From Dendrobates tinctorius (Eukaryota), in NCBI RefSeq assembly GCF_039654945.1, contig NW_027362008.1, positions 4,216,001 to 4,280,000 of the forward strand: a stretch of DNA of 64,000 nucleotides. The letters are read 5' to 3'. The notes below the pieces were generated by a model, which saw only the letters and a list, made by a program, of their open reading frames with translations, was not told the origin of the DNA and did no database searches. The first letter of the stretch is position 1, and each line of letters starts with the position of its first letter. The translations under genes and the position numbers were made by a program. Of the stretch, positions 37,363 to 51,135 are shown in pieces.

Positions 37363-40300
37363 TATGTTGAATCTATGACATAAAAACTGCAACATGATAT
37401 TTATTTTTTTAATCAATAATGTCTACAAAGCAGACTGTGAACTATTGTAAGTAGCTCAATAAAAGAATAAAACAGACTTGTATCTTACTATAGTTTGTCT
37501 CGAGTAAAACAGAAAAATATATAATTTGCAGGTATACGAACATGGGACACTCCCAAAACATTTTTTAAGTCAGTTTTTTTCATAAAAGTAACAAAACATA
37601 AAAAGCGATATAGAAAAGGAATTGTCATGGTATTGCTATTCACATTCTACATATTTCACATTGACATGCTTTAGCACTACAGAGTGCAACTTTTTTGTTT
37701 ATTGAAAATGAAGGTAACTGCAGCTAGTTGGCTCCTGTTCACATTAGCTTGGAAGTGCCAGTCTTTTTGTCACAAAAAAATAATACTGGTACTTTATTCC
37801 CAATTTCAATAAATATGCTGAGCCTCCATCTTGCTATTTGGACTGGATATTATGCCCATGGGTTAGGAAAACTCCCTTGGTTATACAGGACTCAAGATTT
37901 TTTACAAATACAAGATGAGTTTGATTGACAAGAATTATTGCAGCTGGTGACAATCCTTGAGCTTTTGCTTTGCACACAATTCCTTTCAATTTGCAGGACC
38001 CTGGTATAACCAGGCAGCTGATACAGCAATGGATACACCAGTTGCCGTGACTTGTAAATATATTTTTTGGAGAAAGATACTTAATTTGAACAATCCATTT
38101 CTATTACATATCAAATTATTCTTACAATTTAAAGACAATATTCTTATAGTAAGAAGAGATGTGTCTTTTACTTTTTGGAAAGCATGCAGTAAAAAATAAA
38201 ATCATTATGAGTCAGCACAAATTCTAATAATTTGAAAACAAAACTCTTGAGTGACTGAATATGATTGCCCTTTGTGCTCAAAAATATTTTACTGCCTGAG
38301 TTCCCAATTCATAACAGATTCTGGTATAAAATGTCTCAATGTAAAGTCTCACTATCATTCTTGTGGGTGGCCAGGACTTCCAGCATCACCAGACCTCTGA
38401 CTTCACTGTGCCTTTGTGGGGAAAAAACTTGACACTCATAGTAAAATCAGAGGATTTTATATTTGAATTTATTTAACATTGTTGGAGAAGAGATTTCTAT
38501 TTCTACTTGGGTAGTTTCTGTCTTATGGGTACCTATGCAATGAAGCATAATGAGAGAGACAGACTGCTCGCTGTCTTTCCAAATAGTCTCTAAGGTTTAT
38601 TGACAGTGTGAACTTTTATAGAACAAGATCAAAAAGAAATGAAGAATACATAAGAATTGGCAAAATAGAAAGGGAGGTTACACAATCGTTGACATAAAAA
38701 GATAGGTTATACAATGAGTTGTCAACCACATCCTCGGACACAAGATAAAATTAAATGAAAAATGACAGGAATACGGGGGTGCTTTCCAAAAGTCAATGTG
38801 CTCTAAGTTAATAGTCATGAGTTCATATTCAAAAGATATTTTTCTAAAAAGATGTTAGAACATTTCACCTCAAAAGGGAAGAGAATGCATGTCCTTCAGA
38901 TTTTCTGGGAATTGTAGGAACTGACCATTAGCCATAGGACTGTGACCACATAGACAGATGATAACTGGATGTCACGACTAGTGACGAGTTTGCTGCCGAG
39001 CCAACACCTCCACGTCGACGACCACGACGATGTGGGGTGAGCGTCCCAAGTGGGGATGGAATGTGGACCCACTGGACCACAGGGGGGACCCAGGCCTACC
39101 CAGACTAGGGAAGAGTAGCGACCGGGGTCTGTGGCAGCTGAGCATGTGGACGAGGAGGCAGAATGACATGACACCGCACACTTCAGGTATAGACATAAAG
39201 TTTACTTGAACAAGACATGGTACATAAATGAAACAGTTATGCAAGGCTCCCGGTTCCGCACATCAGGGAAGGGTACATGTCTCAGGATAACAGAAGAAAG
39301 GCAGGAGGTCATTACGGGTTGAGCAGTCCAGGGTTGTCTGGCATGGGTATACTAGGGCGGCCTCTTCCTCAGTCCTCAGGGGTAGCAAAGGGTCACCAGG
39401 AGAATATCAGACACCGACCACAAACAGACTTCAGAAAATGGCAGGCATTGTCTGACATTTCAATCACATCCATACACGCAGTACTTCTGTATTCTCCCGC
39501 TACCCGTATTTTATCAAAAAAGCTCTAATGCCAATGGACAAAAACATAAATCTTATCTATTTATAGAAACTCTTGGTTGGTTCACTATATCCTCTAATTA
39601 GTGTCCTATCTGAGTACCCGGTTGCATACAAAAAAATTGAGCAATTATATTCACATATTGTCTTCACGTGATTTTCCCACTTCATTACAAACTCCCACCC
39701 GGTTCCTTCCATTAGGTTTTTCCAAGGAGCAACTAACCAGAGAGTTTTATCTTAATCGCTGCTTTGAGCAACAAAAAGGCTGTTTATACACTGAGCACAC
39801 ATCATTTAGTCTCCATACATCAACAGAGCTGCTTTACAGTAGTACGAAATGAATATGTTGAAGTGTATTTTCCTGGGCCCAACCAGTATGTGGGTACCAA
39901 GGTGTAATGGGGTGCATAGGACTATGCAGCAGGGCAGACATTGCTGTCACTCTGTAAACAAAAGAGTAGGGGAGAACCGTATGAATATGGTGAAGTGTAT
40001 TTTTTTCCTGGGCCCATCCAGTATGTGGGTTCCAAGTGTTTAATGGGGTGCATATGACTATGGTATGAATCTCGGAAAAAAATATTTAAAGCTGTGAACT
40101 AGGAGTCAGGAATGCTTCCAGGGGCGATCCCCATGAATTCCCCATTTCATTTTCAGATGTTTCTAGACCTTAAAATGACCCCCTTGGGGGATCACAGCAA
40201 AAATGCTCGGGTTTCCCATAGACTTATATTGGGCTCGCTGTTCTGTCCGAGTACCCAAGTATTACAATTTGCTCGACCCGAACAACGAGTGCCCAAGCAT

Positions 40301-40751
40301 TTTAGTGCTCGCTCATCACTAATCCCAGTACTTAAAAAGCGATACTCAATTCATGGAGAATAACTTCTCTGAAATTCAAATTAATTGGGAAAATCCAAAC
40401 GGTTAAGCGATTTTGAATTTTGCTGATCTGACCCATGTTATAAAACAATCTTATCATATATTGTGCACGATGAATGCCGCATGAAGGGAAAAGTGAAAAA
40501 CTGCTAAACTTGCTATTCTTGTTCATCTTACCTCACTAAAAAATTGAATTAAAAAAATCATGTATCCCAACGCTGTACCAAAACAACTAGTTTTGTACCC
40601 AAAAACATGTCCTCATGCAGATCTGCATTCAGAAAAATAAAAAGCATTGACTCTGAATATGACAGCTATAAAAAACATATTGTGATTTTCTTGGGTATGA
40701 ACATAATCATGTCAGCACACAGAATAAAGTGAACATGTCTATTAAAATGCT

Positions 40752-41900
40752 TAAGTTTGAAAATCCACCAGGCTTCCCTATTTTGTAATGTAACCTCCGT
40801 ATCACCCCCTCTGATGGGTGTGTGTATTTTTTCAATTGCATACACCAGAAGTGTTTTCAGGTCATCTTTATGACATTCAATAAAATGTTTTGACACCTGA
40901 GATGTGTTCCTCTCCATGTTAATATTCTCTGTGTCATAGATGTGTTCCCCAATTCTTTTCTTCAGCTTGCGTTTTGTGCTTCCAACATGTTTTAGATGGC
41001 AGAAGGTGCACTCCATAATATATACCAAGGTTTTAGTGCTACAATTGATAAAGGTTTTAGTAGCAAAATTCTTGCTTTCACTAGAATCTCCAAAGCTAGA
41101 GCTCTCTTTAGTGTATTTACAGGACTTAGCGCCACACTTATAAAAACCCTTGGTTTTCTGCCAATTTGTGGATTGAATTTGAGACATATTCAAAAAACTT
41201 GGCAAAAGGCTCTGACCTAAAGATGGTGCTCTCCTAGAGTCTATTCTAAATCCTTTCCCTATAATACTATCTATATCTGGATCCTCTTTTAATACAGATA
41301 AATTATTTTGAATAATTCGTTCAATAGAGGCAAACTGGTTACTACACTGCGAGACCAATGTTACAGGAGTGACTGAATGTTCATGTGTGTTACACTGAGG
41401 TTTGAATCGCGGTTTTTGAGCCACAATGTTTTCAGCTTTGCTTAAACTCCATTGGGTATAACCCCTTTGGGTCAATCACTGCTTAATGTTAGAAACTTCC
41501 TGTTGATAATCTGTATTTGTGCTACAATTGCATTTAGCTCTCGTCATCTCCCCAACAGGTATACTTTTAATTGTATGTTTAGGATGATGGCTTTTTCCAT
41601 GGAGTATAGCATTGCCTGCTGTGTTCTTTCTAAATTTTTGTGTTACTACAGGTTTACCTGAAATTCCTTGTAAAATCAAATAAAAAAAATCAATGCATGA
41701 AATTTTATGGCGGACCACAAATTTTAAATTCAAGGGATTGCAATTAATATAAAAATTAAAATCCTGTACGGCAGATACATCAGAATTCCAGATGATAATG
41801 ATATCATCTATGTATCTGCCTTACCAATAGACACAATCTTTAAATGGATTATTTACAGTATAAATATACAGCTCTTCCCACCAGCTCATTACCAAGTGAA
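40752..41900 (-). mobile_element. Penelope-like remnant, U3
   Basis: Same RT and GIY-YIG motifs, with the shared in-frame stop. Confidence 0.88.
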
Positions 41901-42376
41901 ATTAGCAAGTGAAGTTGTCAAGCGATCCACTATATGACCAAGATGAAAATCTTTCTTTGCAATTGCGGCTTGTTCCCAGTCAACTTACGTGCATCGTTAT
42001 ATTTTCCTTTTGGTTATGTGTGTTTTTCCATGCGTTATTCATCCTGTTTTGAATGTGAATGTTTTTTCTTTGTCATCTAGGAATATTTAACACCATCCAC
42101 TATATGATTAAGATATAAAGTATTTTTCGCAATTGCGGCTTGTTCCTCGCTAGTTTATGTGGATTGTTATGCAGGAGCATATTGCTATCTGTGTTTTTTT
42201 ATGCGATGTAGATCTGGTTTTGAATCAAATTGTTTTCATTTTTGCTTTCACCTAGGTACTTTTACCCTCCTCTGCTGAAATTGTGTTTTTAGATCTGTGT
42301 CTCTTACTATTACTCTATGACACTCAGTGTATGATAGAGAGAAATGTATTTTTCTTCTTTCTATGATTGTTATTGA

Positions 42377-45300
42377 ATCATAGAATCATAGAATCATAGA
42401 ATCGTAGAGTTGGAAGGGACCTCCTGGGCCATCTGGTCCAACCCCCTGCTCAAAGCAGGATTCGCTAAATCATCCCAGTCAGATGTCTGTCCAGCCTCTG
42501 TTTGAAGACTTCCATTGAAGGAGAACTCACCACTTCTCGTGGCAGCCTGTTCCACTCATTGATCACTCTAACTGTCAAAAAGATTTTTCTAATATCTAAT
42601 CTGTGTCTCTTCCCATTCAGTTTCATCCCATTGCTTCTAGTCTTTCCTTGTGCAAATGAGAATAAAGTTGATCCTTCTACAATGTGACAGCCCTTTAGAT
42701 ATTTGTAGACAGCTATTAAGTCTCCTCTCAGTCTTCTCTTTTGCAAACTAAACATTCCCAAATCCTGCAACCTTTCCTCATAAGACAGGGTTTGCAGACC
42801 GGTCACCATTCTGGTCGCTCTTTTCTGAACTTGCTCCAGTTTGTTGATGTCTTTTTTAAAATGTGGTGCCCAAAACTGGACACAATATTCCAGATGAGGT
42901 CTGACCAAAGAGGAGTAGAGGGAAATAATGACTTCACGTGATCTAGACTGTATGCTTCTGTTAATACATCCTAGAATTGCATTTGCCTTTTTTGCTGCTG
43001 CATCACACTGTTGACTCATTTTCAGTCTGTGATCTATTAGTATACCCAAGTCTTTTTCACATGTGCTGTCACTTAGACCTATTCCTCCCATTCTATATAT
43101 GCTTTTTTCATTTTTATTGCCCAGATGTAGTACTTTGCATTTCTCCCTGTTAAAAACCATTCTGTTAGTTGCTGCCCACTTCTCCAGTTTATTTAAATCT
43201 TTTTGAATCCTCTCTCTCTCTTCTCTAGTATTAGCTATCCCTCCTAGCTTTGTGTCATCAGCAAATTTAATCAGTTTACCCTCAATTCCTTCATCTAAAT
43301 CGTTGATAAAGATGTTGAACAATACAGGGCCCAGGACAGAGCCCTGTGGTACCCCACATGAGACATTCTTCCAACTGGATGTGCAGCCATTTACGACCAC
43401 TCTTTGGGTCCGATCACTAAGCCAGTTATGAATCCACCTATCAGTTGCCTTGTCCATTCCATACTTAGTCATTTTTTCAATAAGGATTGTATGAGAGACT
43501 TTGTCAAATGCTTTGCTGAAGTCAAGACATACTATATCTACAGCATTTCCTTGATCCACCCAATCAGTGATACCGTCATAGAAGGAAATTAAGTTAGTCT
43601 GACATGACTTATTAGTTAGAAACCCATGCTGACTCTGTTTAATCACTTCATTCTTATCCAGGTATTGACATACAAGTTGTTTAATAATTTGTTCAAAGAT
43701 CTTTCCTGGTATAGAAGTCAGACTCACCGGCCTATAGTTGCCTGGGTCCACCTTCTTCCCCTTTTTGAAGATAGGAACAACATTTGCTCTTCTCCAGTCT
43801 TCTGGCACTTCTCCTGTTCTCCAAGAATTTTCAAAGATTATGGAGAGGGGTTCAAAAATTTCTTCTGCTATCTCCTTCAGTACTCTGGGGTGTAATTCAT
43901 CTGGACCTGGAGACTTGAATTCATTTAGGTTAGCTAAGTGTTTCCTCACTATCTTTCTGTTTATAGATATCCTGGATTCTTCTATTCCCTTAATAGGACA
44001 GTGAATAACAGTTGATGTTGCATTTCCTTTCTGAGAGAAAACAGATGCAAAATAGGAATTTAAAAGTTCAGCCTTCTCAACATCCTGTCTTACCATTTCA
44101 TCATTTTCATCCTGTAAAAATCCTATAGCATCTTTGACTTTTCTTTTACTTTTGACATATCCCCAAAATCCTTTATTATTGCTTTTGACATCTCTTGCAA
44201 GCCTCAGTTCATTTTCAGCTTTAGCTAATCTGATTTGTGCCCTGCAGGTTCTGCAGACAGCATTATATTCTTCTTTAGATATGCCTCCCTCTTTCCATTT
44301 TATAAACATTTTTTTCTTCCTTTTTAGCATGTGCTTAAGTTCTGTGTTCATCCATCCTGGTTTCCTTAAATGCTTCCTATTCTTCCCTCTTTTCGGAATT
44401 GTTAACAACTGTGCTTTGAGAATTTCATTTTTCAAGATTTCCCATCCTTCCTGGACATTTTTGTCTTTAAGGATATCCAGCCATTGGATCCCTCCAATTC
44501 TCTTTCTGAATCCCTTAAAATCTGCCTTTCTGAAATCTAACCTTGACGTCTGAGTCTCACAGGTCTTCCACCTCTAGTAATCCAAAATTCTAAAATAGCA
44601 TGGTCGCTACCTCCTAGGGTCCCAGCCACTTTTACCTCCTCAACCATTTCCTCCCTGTTTATAAGGATTAGATCCAAGGTAGCAGTTCCCCTTGTTTTCT
44701 CCCTTACCTTTTGGAAGATAAAGTTGTCAGCAAGAGAGGATAAGAATTTCCTTGACCTGTTAGTTTTGCCTGAGAGAGATTCCCAACAAATGTCTGGATA
44801 GTTGAAATCTCCCATGACAACTATGTCATATTTTTTGGAGAACTTGGCCATCTGATGCATAAAGAGTTCATCTATATCTTCGGCTTGCACAGGCGGCCTG
44901 TAGTAAATGCCTACAATGGTGTCCTTTCCATTGTTCTGTCCTTGTATTCTTACCCAAACAGTTTCCACAGAACTCCCAGTCTCTGAAGCTTCAATCTCTG
45001 TGCAGATATACGCGTTTCGAACATACAATGCGACACCCCCTCCTCGTTTATCAAGTCTGTTTCTTGCAAATAAGTTGTATCCTTCTAGTCTTGTATTCCA
45101 ATCATGTGTATTGTCCCACCAAGTTTCAGTGATTCCAATTACATCATATTTCTGTTCCTGTGTTAGTAGTTCCAATTCTCCTTGTTTGTTGCCCATGCTT
45201 TGTGCATTAGTATAGAAACATTTTAGTTTGTGATTGGTTTCTCTTTCTCCAATATTTTTATTAATTAGATTCTTTCGTCTTTGTTCTTCCTTTCCACTTC

Positions 45301-45377
45301 TAATAGAAGAGTTCTCAATAGCATTTGTCAGGTGTATGGCTTTTTCTGGTCTTTTGCTTCCCTTCCCATGTTGTTCT
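42377..45377 (-). mobile_element. CR1 family A, complete ORF2 region with a 1-bp frameshift near 44556
   Basis: EN and RT are split over two ORFs. Tail at the left end. TSD ATTGA at 42372-42376 and 45384-45388, plus 6 extra nt at the 5' junction. Confidence 0.97.
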
Positions 45378-46204
45378 TGAGAAATTGAGAATAATATAAT
45401 AGAAAAAATGTCTTTGTAAGGCTGTATGCCCACATTGCGCTTTTTCAGAGTTTCCGTGGTGATTTTAAACAAGTGATTCTGCCGCTGAAATGCTTAAGAA
45501 AATCATTCCATGTTATCATAATTGATTCCGCACATGTTGTGCTAATGGTGCGTATTTTACTGCTGCGGAATTGCTTAGCGGTAAAAAACACAGCATGTTC
45601 ATTAATTTTGTGGAATCGCATGCGATTATGCATACATACACTTGTATTGCAAAAGCGCATAGGAAATCGCATGTTAAAACATATGACAAATGCATCAAAA
45701 TTGCTAAAATCTTCAAAACTGCATGCGTTTTTCCAGCTAAGGGTGTGCGTTTCTCCTCAGGAATATTCTACTTCAAAACTGCAATGTGGGCACATAGCCT
45801 GAAAGTGGCTTTTCTATCCTCTAGTCTGAGTAGATGGCTGTAATTTTTCATTCTGACGTTTGATCCATCATATGATTTTCACTCTGTTCCAGAGTGAAAT
45901 TGTATTTTCCTCTTTGGTTGTTTTGTAAAAACTCAACATCAATTTTTACAATTATGGTTCTTTCATTTGCTCCCTTATATAAATGTATATTTCTCTACTT
46001 CTGTACTGTGGCTGCTAAGAAGAATTTACAATATACTGCGTTTGTTCTGCGCAATTGAAATACATTCTCGCCTTTATGCCATGTGGAAATCACATTCCTG
46101 ATTTTAGCCATGTATGTCTTCACTTGTAATTCATTTACGTTAATTAGATATGTTAATTGTCTTTCACTAGTGTTCAGCATATTAGTGCTTTCTCGAACAA
46201 TGCC

Positions 46205-46252
46205 TGTTATCATGACTAAGGGTGCTGGGACACCTGAAACGCGTTGATAGCA
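46205..46252 (+). ncRNA. Hammerhead motif, U3 (G.U wobble in stem I)
   Basis: Same core; the 3' arm reads GAUAGCA. Confidence 0.7.
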
Positions 46253-49101
46253 CAATCTTTTGTACCATTCATGCTGATATTTTATCTATTCACATCTGAG
46301 TGAATAAAGAATTTGTGTTTTCACTTCTGGATCATGGCTTTTTTGTTACATTAGCCATACCTTTCTTTTTTGGGCAATATAGATGTAAAAGTGTTTTTTA
46401 AGTATCAGTTATATTTGTCAATACACTTTTTAAGTGGAACTTATTAGCATGATTTTATAAGCACTTTTTTGCAAGAGAAATAAAGAAAACAGTAATTTTA
46501 ACATTTATTTGTAGTTTAAAGTTTGTGTTATCTGATGTGCTGAAAAAATAAAGCAGTAACTGCATTCAGTAGGTCAGTACTAATATGGTGCTGGTAAATT
46601 TGTATCATCTTAATTGTTTTTTATGTTTTGTACAATATACACTTTAAAAAAAAACCATTTTTATACTGTTTTACAATTTTTTGTTAGTGGCGTGGTATGA
46701 AGATTTATTTTTGCCTGAAAATCTGTAGCTTTTGTTGTTAACAGTTTGTTGTACATGCAACTTTTTGATCACTTTTACATTATTTAGGAGGCAAAATGAA
46801 AGAAAAACACGTAAATTCTGAATTTGTTTTAATATTTTTTTAAACCCCAGTCACTGTTGGGTATAACTGTCGTGGTATCTTTATTTGGTGGACGATATCA
46901 TCACCATATTCTCATAAACTTCACTTATTTATTTTTTGGTTTATTGTAGGTGACGCTGATTGAGGCTTTGTTTTTGGTTATATATGCCTTTCTAGTTATT
47001 ATTTATCTCATTGTTTTGCTGGGAAGCAGAAACAAACAGCTATGAATTGGAAATAGTTGTTATTTTTATAGAGTTCGTCCAGCAGTATAATTGACATGAT
47101 CACTTTATTCTGTGTGCTGATATGATTATGTTCATATCTAAGAAAATCACAATACATTTTTTATAGCTGTCACATTGTGAGTCAATGCTTTGTATTTTTC
47201 TGACTGCAGATCTGTATGAGGACATGTTTTTGGGTAACAAACTAGTTATTTTGGTATAGCATCGGGATACATGATTTTTTAATTCAGTTTTTTAGTGAGG
47301 TAAGATGAACAAGAATAGCAAGTTTAGCAGTTTCTCACTTTTCCCCTCATACGGCATTGATCATGCACAATAAATGATAAGATTGTTTTATAACATGGGT
47401 CAGATCAGCAAAATTCAAAATCGCTTAACTGTTTGGATTTTCCCAATTAATTTGATTTTCAGAGAAGTTATTCTCCATGAATTGAGTATCGCTGATTATG
47501 TACTGGAATCTCTCCATGCTGATATTTTATCATCTTTTCAAATCTGAGTGAACAAAGAATTTGTTTTTTCACTTCATCGTTAAGCTAGGTCATCTCTTTT
47601 TTGGATTTTTTTATGCCAAGACATGGCAGTTCTGTGCTCAGAGCTTCATGATCTATTAACGCTGTGAGATGGATTGTTTTATATGTCTAATGTAACGCAA
47701 CAAGTATAAAAATGTTCTATAGTGAAGGTCAAAACTGGCTCCAGTATGTAACAATAAAAATGAAATAATGTGAAAACTTTTTTCACTATCTCATAAAGCT
47801 AAATTTATAAACCTTTCCAAAAATAAAATGAGATTGGCGTACAAAATCAGCTCATCAAATAAGGAAATTCTCCCATTACACTAAAAATAAATTTGCAGAA
47901 ACTGGTACATGACCTGTACCCATAGCGGTGCCATTTACTTGGTGGAAGGGATGAAATTAAAAATAAAATCATTTGAGTCAACTAAACATCCAATAATATT
48001 TTAAAACAAACCTGTTTTGTGACTAAAAACAGATCTGCTCATCTCTCATCAGTACATGGGTGGTAGAGGTTAGCAGTGAAACAATAGAAATTTATTTAGA
48101 TGCATTTACATTGTTACATGATATGAATACAGTTATGTTAGATCTCTTGTGACTACAGGTAAATGTTCTTTACCCAATTTAATAAAAAAATCTACTTACA
48201 TCCAAATCTTCATTTCACTTGACCAAATAGTGAGATGTTGATGTAATTATCCTTTACAGAAACCTCTTGATTATGTCTTCTGCTGACATACTCACACTTT
48301 TTAAAGAAATGTTTTTATTCAATATTGGCTCGTTTACCCGTCTTAATCTAAAGTCACTGGATGCTTCTATAATTAAATGTAAATAAAAAAAAAGAAGGGG
48401 TTACCAGATATGAAGATGCTATGCTACTGTGAAGGTAACGTGGCAAATGCATTTCCAGTAGATGTAAAAACAGTAAATTTCTGAAGATCATAAAAAAATA
48501 AACATCAATCAGCTATAAAAAGCTAACACATGTATTACATTCTTCAATATGTTGTACACTTGGACGGGATGGCCATGGGGGTGGCATTCACGCCAAATAA
48601 GTATCAACACAATATCTCAGTACAATTTTGCACATCTTTAATATTGTATAAAATATAGAAAGCCACTTCTACTAGATGTCTAATAGCATGTAAATGAAGA
48701 CTGTTATAGCTCCCATTTACATGAATTACACACGTATATACAAGATGTATGAAGCATGGAACACCTTACTATATTAATAAATAATACAATTGAGCAATTT
48801 GAAGCAAACACTGCACTCAGCAGCTATTAATCAGGTAATCATAGCAGTGGCCCTAACAATTTCAATACCATGGTCATTGCATATTTTAGAAATTTTGTCT
48901 CTTGACTTCATGAAACTATCATGAAATAATACAATGAATAACATTTCTCTCTTTAGTTTACCTAATTATCAGCACAATGGTGAATAGTATCACAGAGCAC
49001 CACAGGAAATTTCTATCCCTTTGTGTTGTCCCAATCCATCATTCTCCCTGGAGAGATTTATAAATGTCAGTTTATATGTAAATGGAGACAGTAAGTCTTG
49101 G

Positions 49102-49153
49102 CCAATGACAATATCCCACTAATTAACAACCCCCTGCTCTTCCCAGATATAAA
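49102..49153 (+). promoter_or_regulatory. Putative core promoter of copy 3 (CCAAT, TATAAA)
   Basis: Homologous to copy 1; exon 1 donor follows 49320. Intron 1 is 56 bp shorter than in copy 1. Confidence 0.65.
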
Positions 49154-49485
49154 CTGTTTCCTCCTCTCAGTGACATCTACTTCACTCCAGGTATTATTTG
49201 TGGTCAGAACTGGCCTCTGAGGAGCATCAAGCTGTAGACTTGTTGGTGTACAGGAGGAGTTCAGCACCGACTATCATCTCTTTCAGTAGCAGTAGACATC
49301 TTCAATCTCCATCTACAAAGGTGAATATATGATAAGTATGGAACATTATTACAGTGACTGCACACTATTATACAATTGTGCATTTATAGTCGCAGTTTAC
49401 ACGAGGTGATTACAGTATGTTATTATGGGTCTCAAAGATGTTTCATGCTTTATTCAATGCCATATCTCATTTCATTTTATTCAGA

Positions 49486-51135
49486 ATGGCCACCAACATC
49501 AAGGTAGCAAGCAAGAACACGGCAAAACACCTTCTTCATCTGATATCAGAAACTTCCAAGAACCTGAAGATGATGGAAGTGACTGACCACTTTGAACTTT
49601 TGCTAGAACTTGGGACTGGATCTTTTGGAAATGTACACATGGGAAAACACAAACATTCAGGTGAGATGATGATGATGGATGATGACTATGAAGATGACTG
49701 AGCCATCAGGGTGGTTTTAGATGAATGTGAAAGATGAAATTGAAATCTGCTTGTACCCTGACAAACTGTACTTGTTAACAATCATTAAGTATGACCCTAG
49801 TTGTATCCTATCTACAACGTGTCATTAGTATTCTGCACCACTACCCTCTAGTCTTATGAATGCTCCTGTGTAAAGTGATTGATCAGGTTGTTTATATGGT
49901 TTTAAAAGTGTTATGGAATATGATGAGGATGAACATTAACAATTATAATGTTTATTCAACAGGACAGACCGTGGCAATTAAAATGATGGCAAAGAAGAAG
50001 ACTCCAGAAGACAACTTCTTTCTGGAATATTGCATTTCACAAACCCTCAGCATTCATCGGAACATCATATTTACTCACGACATCTTCTTCCATACCAGTA
50101 GGGATTTTGTGTTTGTTCAGGAAGTGGCACCGGCCAGAAATCTCCAGTCCATCCTTGTACCTAAAGTAAGATCTTAAGCTGTTCTCCACTTTTACATATT
50201 CAAGCATTATTCATACTGCTGAAGAAAAAAATTAGTGGTCTTTATTGTAGATCTGACATCTAACATTACCCTATTTCCTCAGATTTAATAAACTCATATT
50301 TCTGTAAGTAGCAGTATGGGACCCCCATAATTAGGCAGGTTTAGGTTGTATGAGTATGTGTGAGCTGGTAACATCCTCTATGTGAGAGATATTTAATTTT
50401 TAGTGGAAATCTCACATTATAGAGGATATCTGATTAATAGCAGAGTAGAACTGATGTCTGCAGGAATTATATCTACTAGTAGAAGATATCTATAAGTCTT
50501 CTGTTCTTTTATATCAGATATGTTTTCCCTTCTGCTGTTCAGCTGTGTAATCTTCTGTGTTGTCTTTTTCTTAGGTCGGCATGCAGGAGGACATGTTGAA
50601 GCGTTGTGTTCCTCAGATCGCCAGTGCTCTGGACTTTATGCATAACAGAGGAATGGTTCATCGGGATATCAAGACGAATAATATTCTTCTGATGGATGCA
50701 GAATGTCACTGGATAAAGCTGGCAGACTTTGGACTCACCAGGCTCCAGGGCACATTTGTTCCTTTTGTGCCCTGGTATAAACCCTACACTGCTCCAGAGC
50801 TCTGCTGCCTTAGACCAGGAGAACAGTTGTTGCTACATCCTAGTCTTGATGTCTGGGCTTTTGGTGTAGTCATTTATTATGCTCTTTCTGGACTCTTTCC
50901 TTGGCATGGGGCAAAACGCGGTGATCGAGATTATACAGAGTTTGCCTGGTGGCAGGTTGGAAGGGATCCGTCAAAAGCTCCAAAAAAGTGGAAGAAAATT
51001 TCAGTGGAGGCCAGAGCAATGTTCTGGGAACTGCTTCAAATAAATGCCTGTAAGAGAGGCTCGGCCATTGACATTCTAAAATTTATGCACTTGCCATGGA
51101 AAGCCGAGGAATGTTCAGAGACCGAAGCAACCTGA
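49486..51135 (+). CDS. SBK1-like Ser/Thr kinase copy 3 (~312 aa). Exons 49486-49660, 49963-50165, 50575-51135
   Basis: Open spliced frame with canonical splice sites. Catalytic loop reads HRDIKTNN. Confidence 0.88.

Larger units (their letters stand above)
19889..38614 (+). repeat. Tandem unit U2 (18,726 bp), the most diverged copy
   Basis: Colinear with U1, U3 and U4. Carries private insertions (CR1-A, CR1-B, hAT foldback) and many private substitutions. Confidence 0.95.

Noticed and set aside
44537-45472. Apparent novel N-terminal fusions to RT/EN ORFs (also 24798, 11374, 6423-6812 and 58481-58870)
   Set aside because: Chance read-through across insertion junctions; the fusion points coincide with the TSDs.
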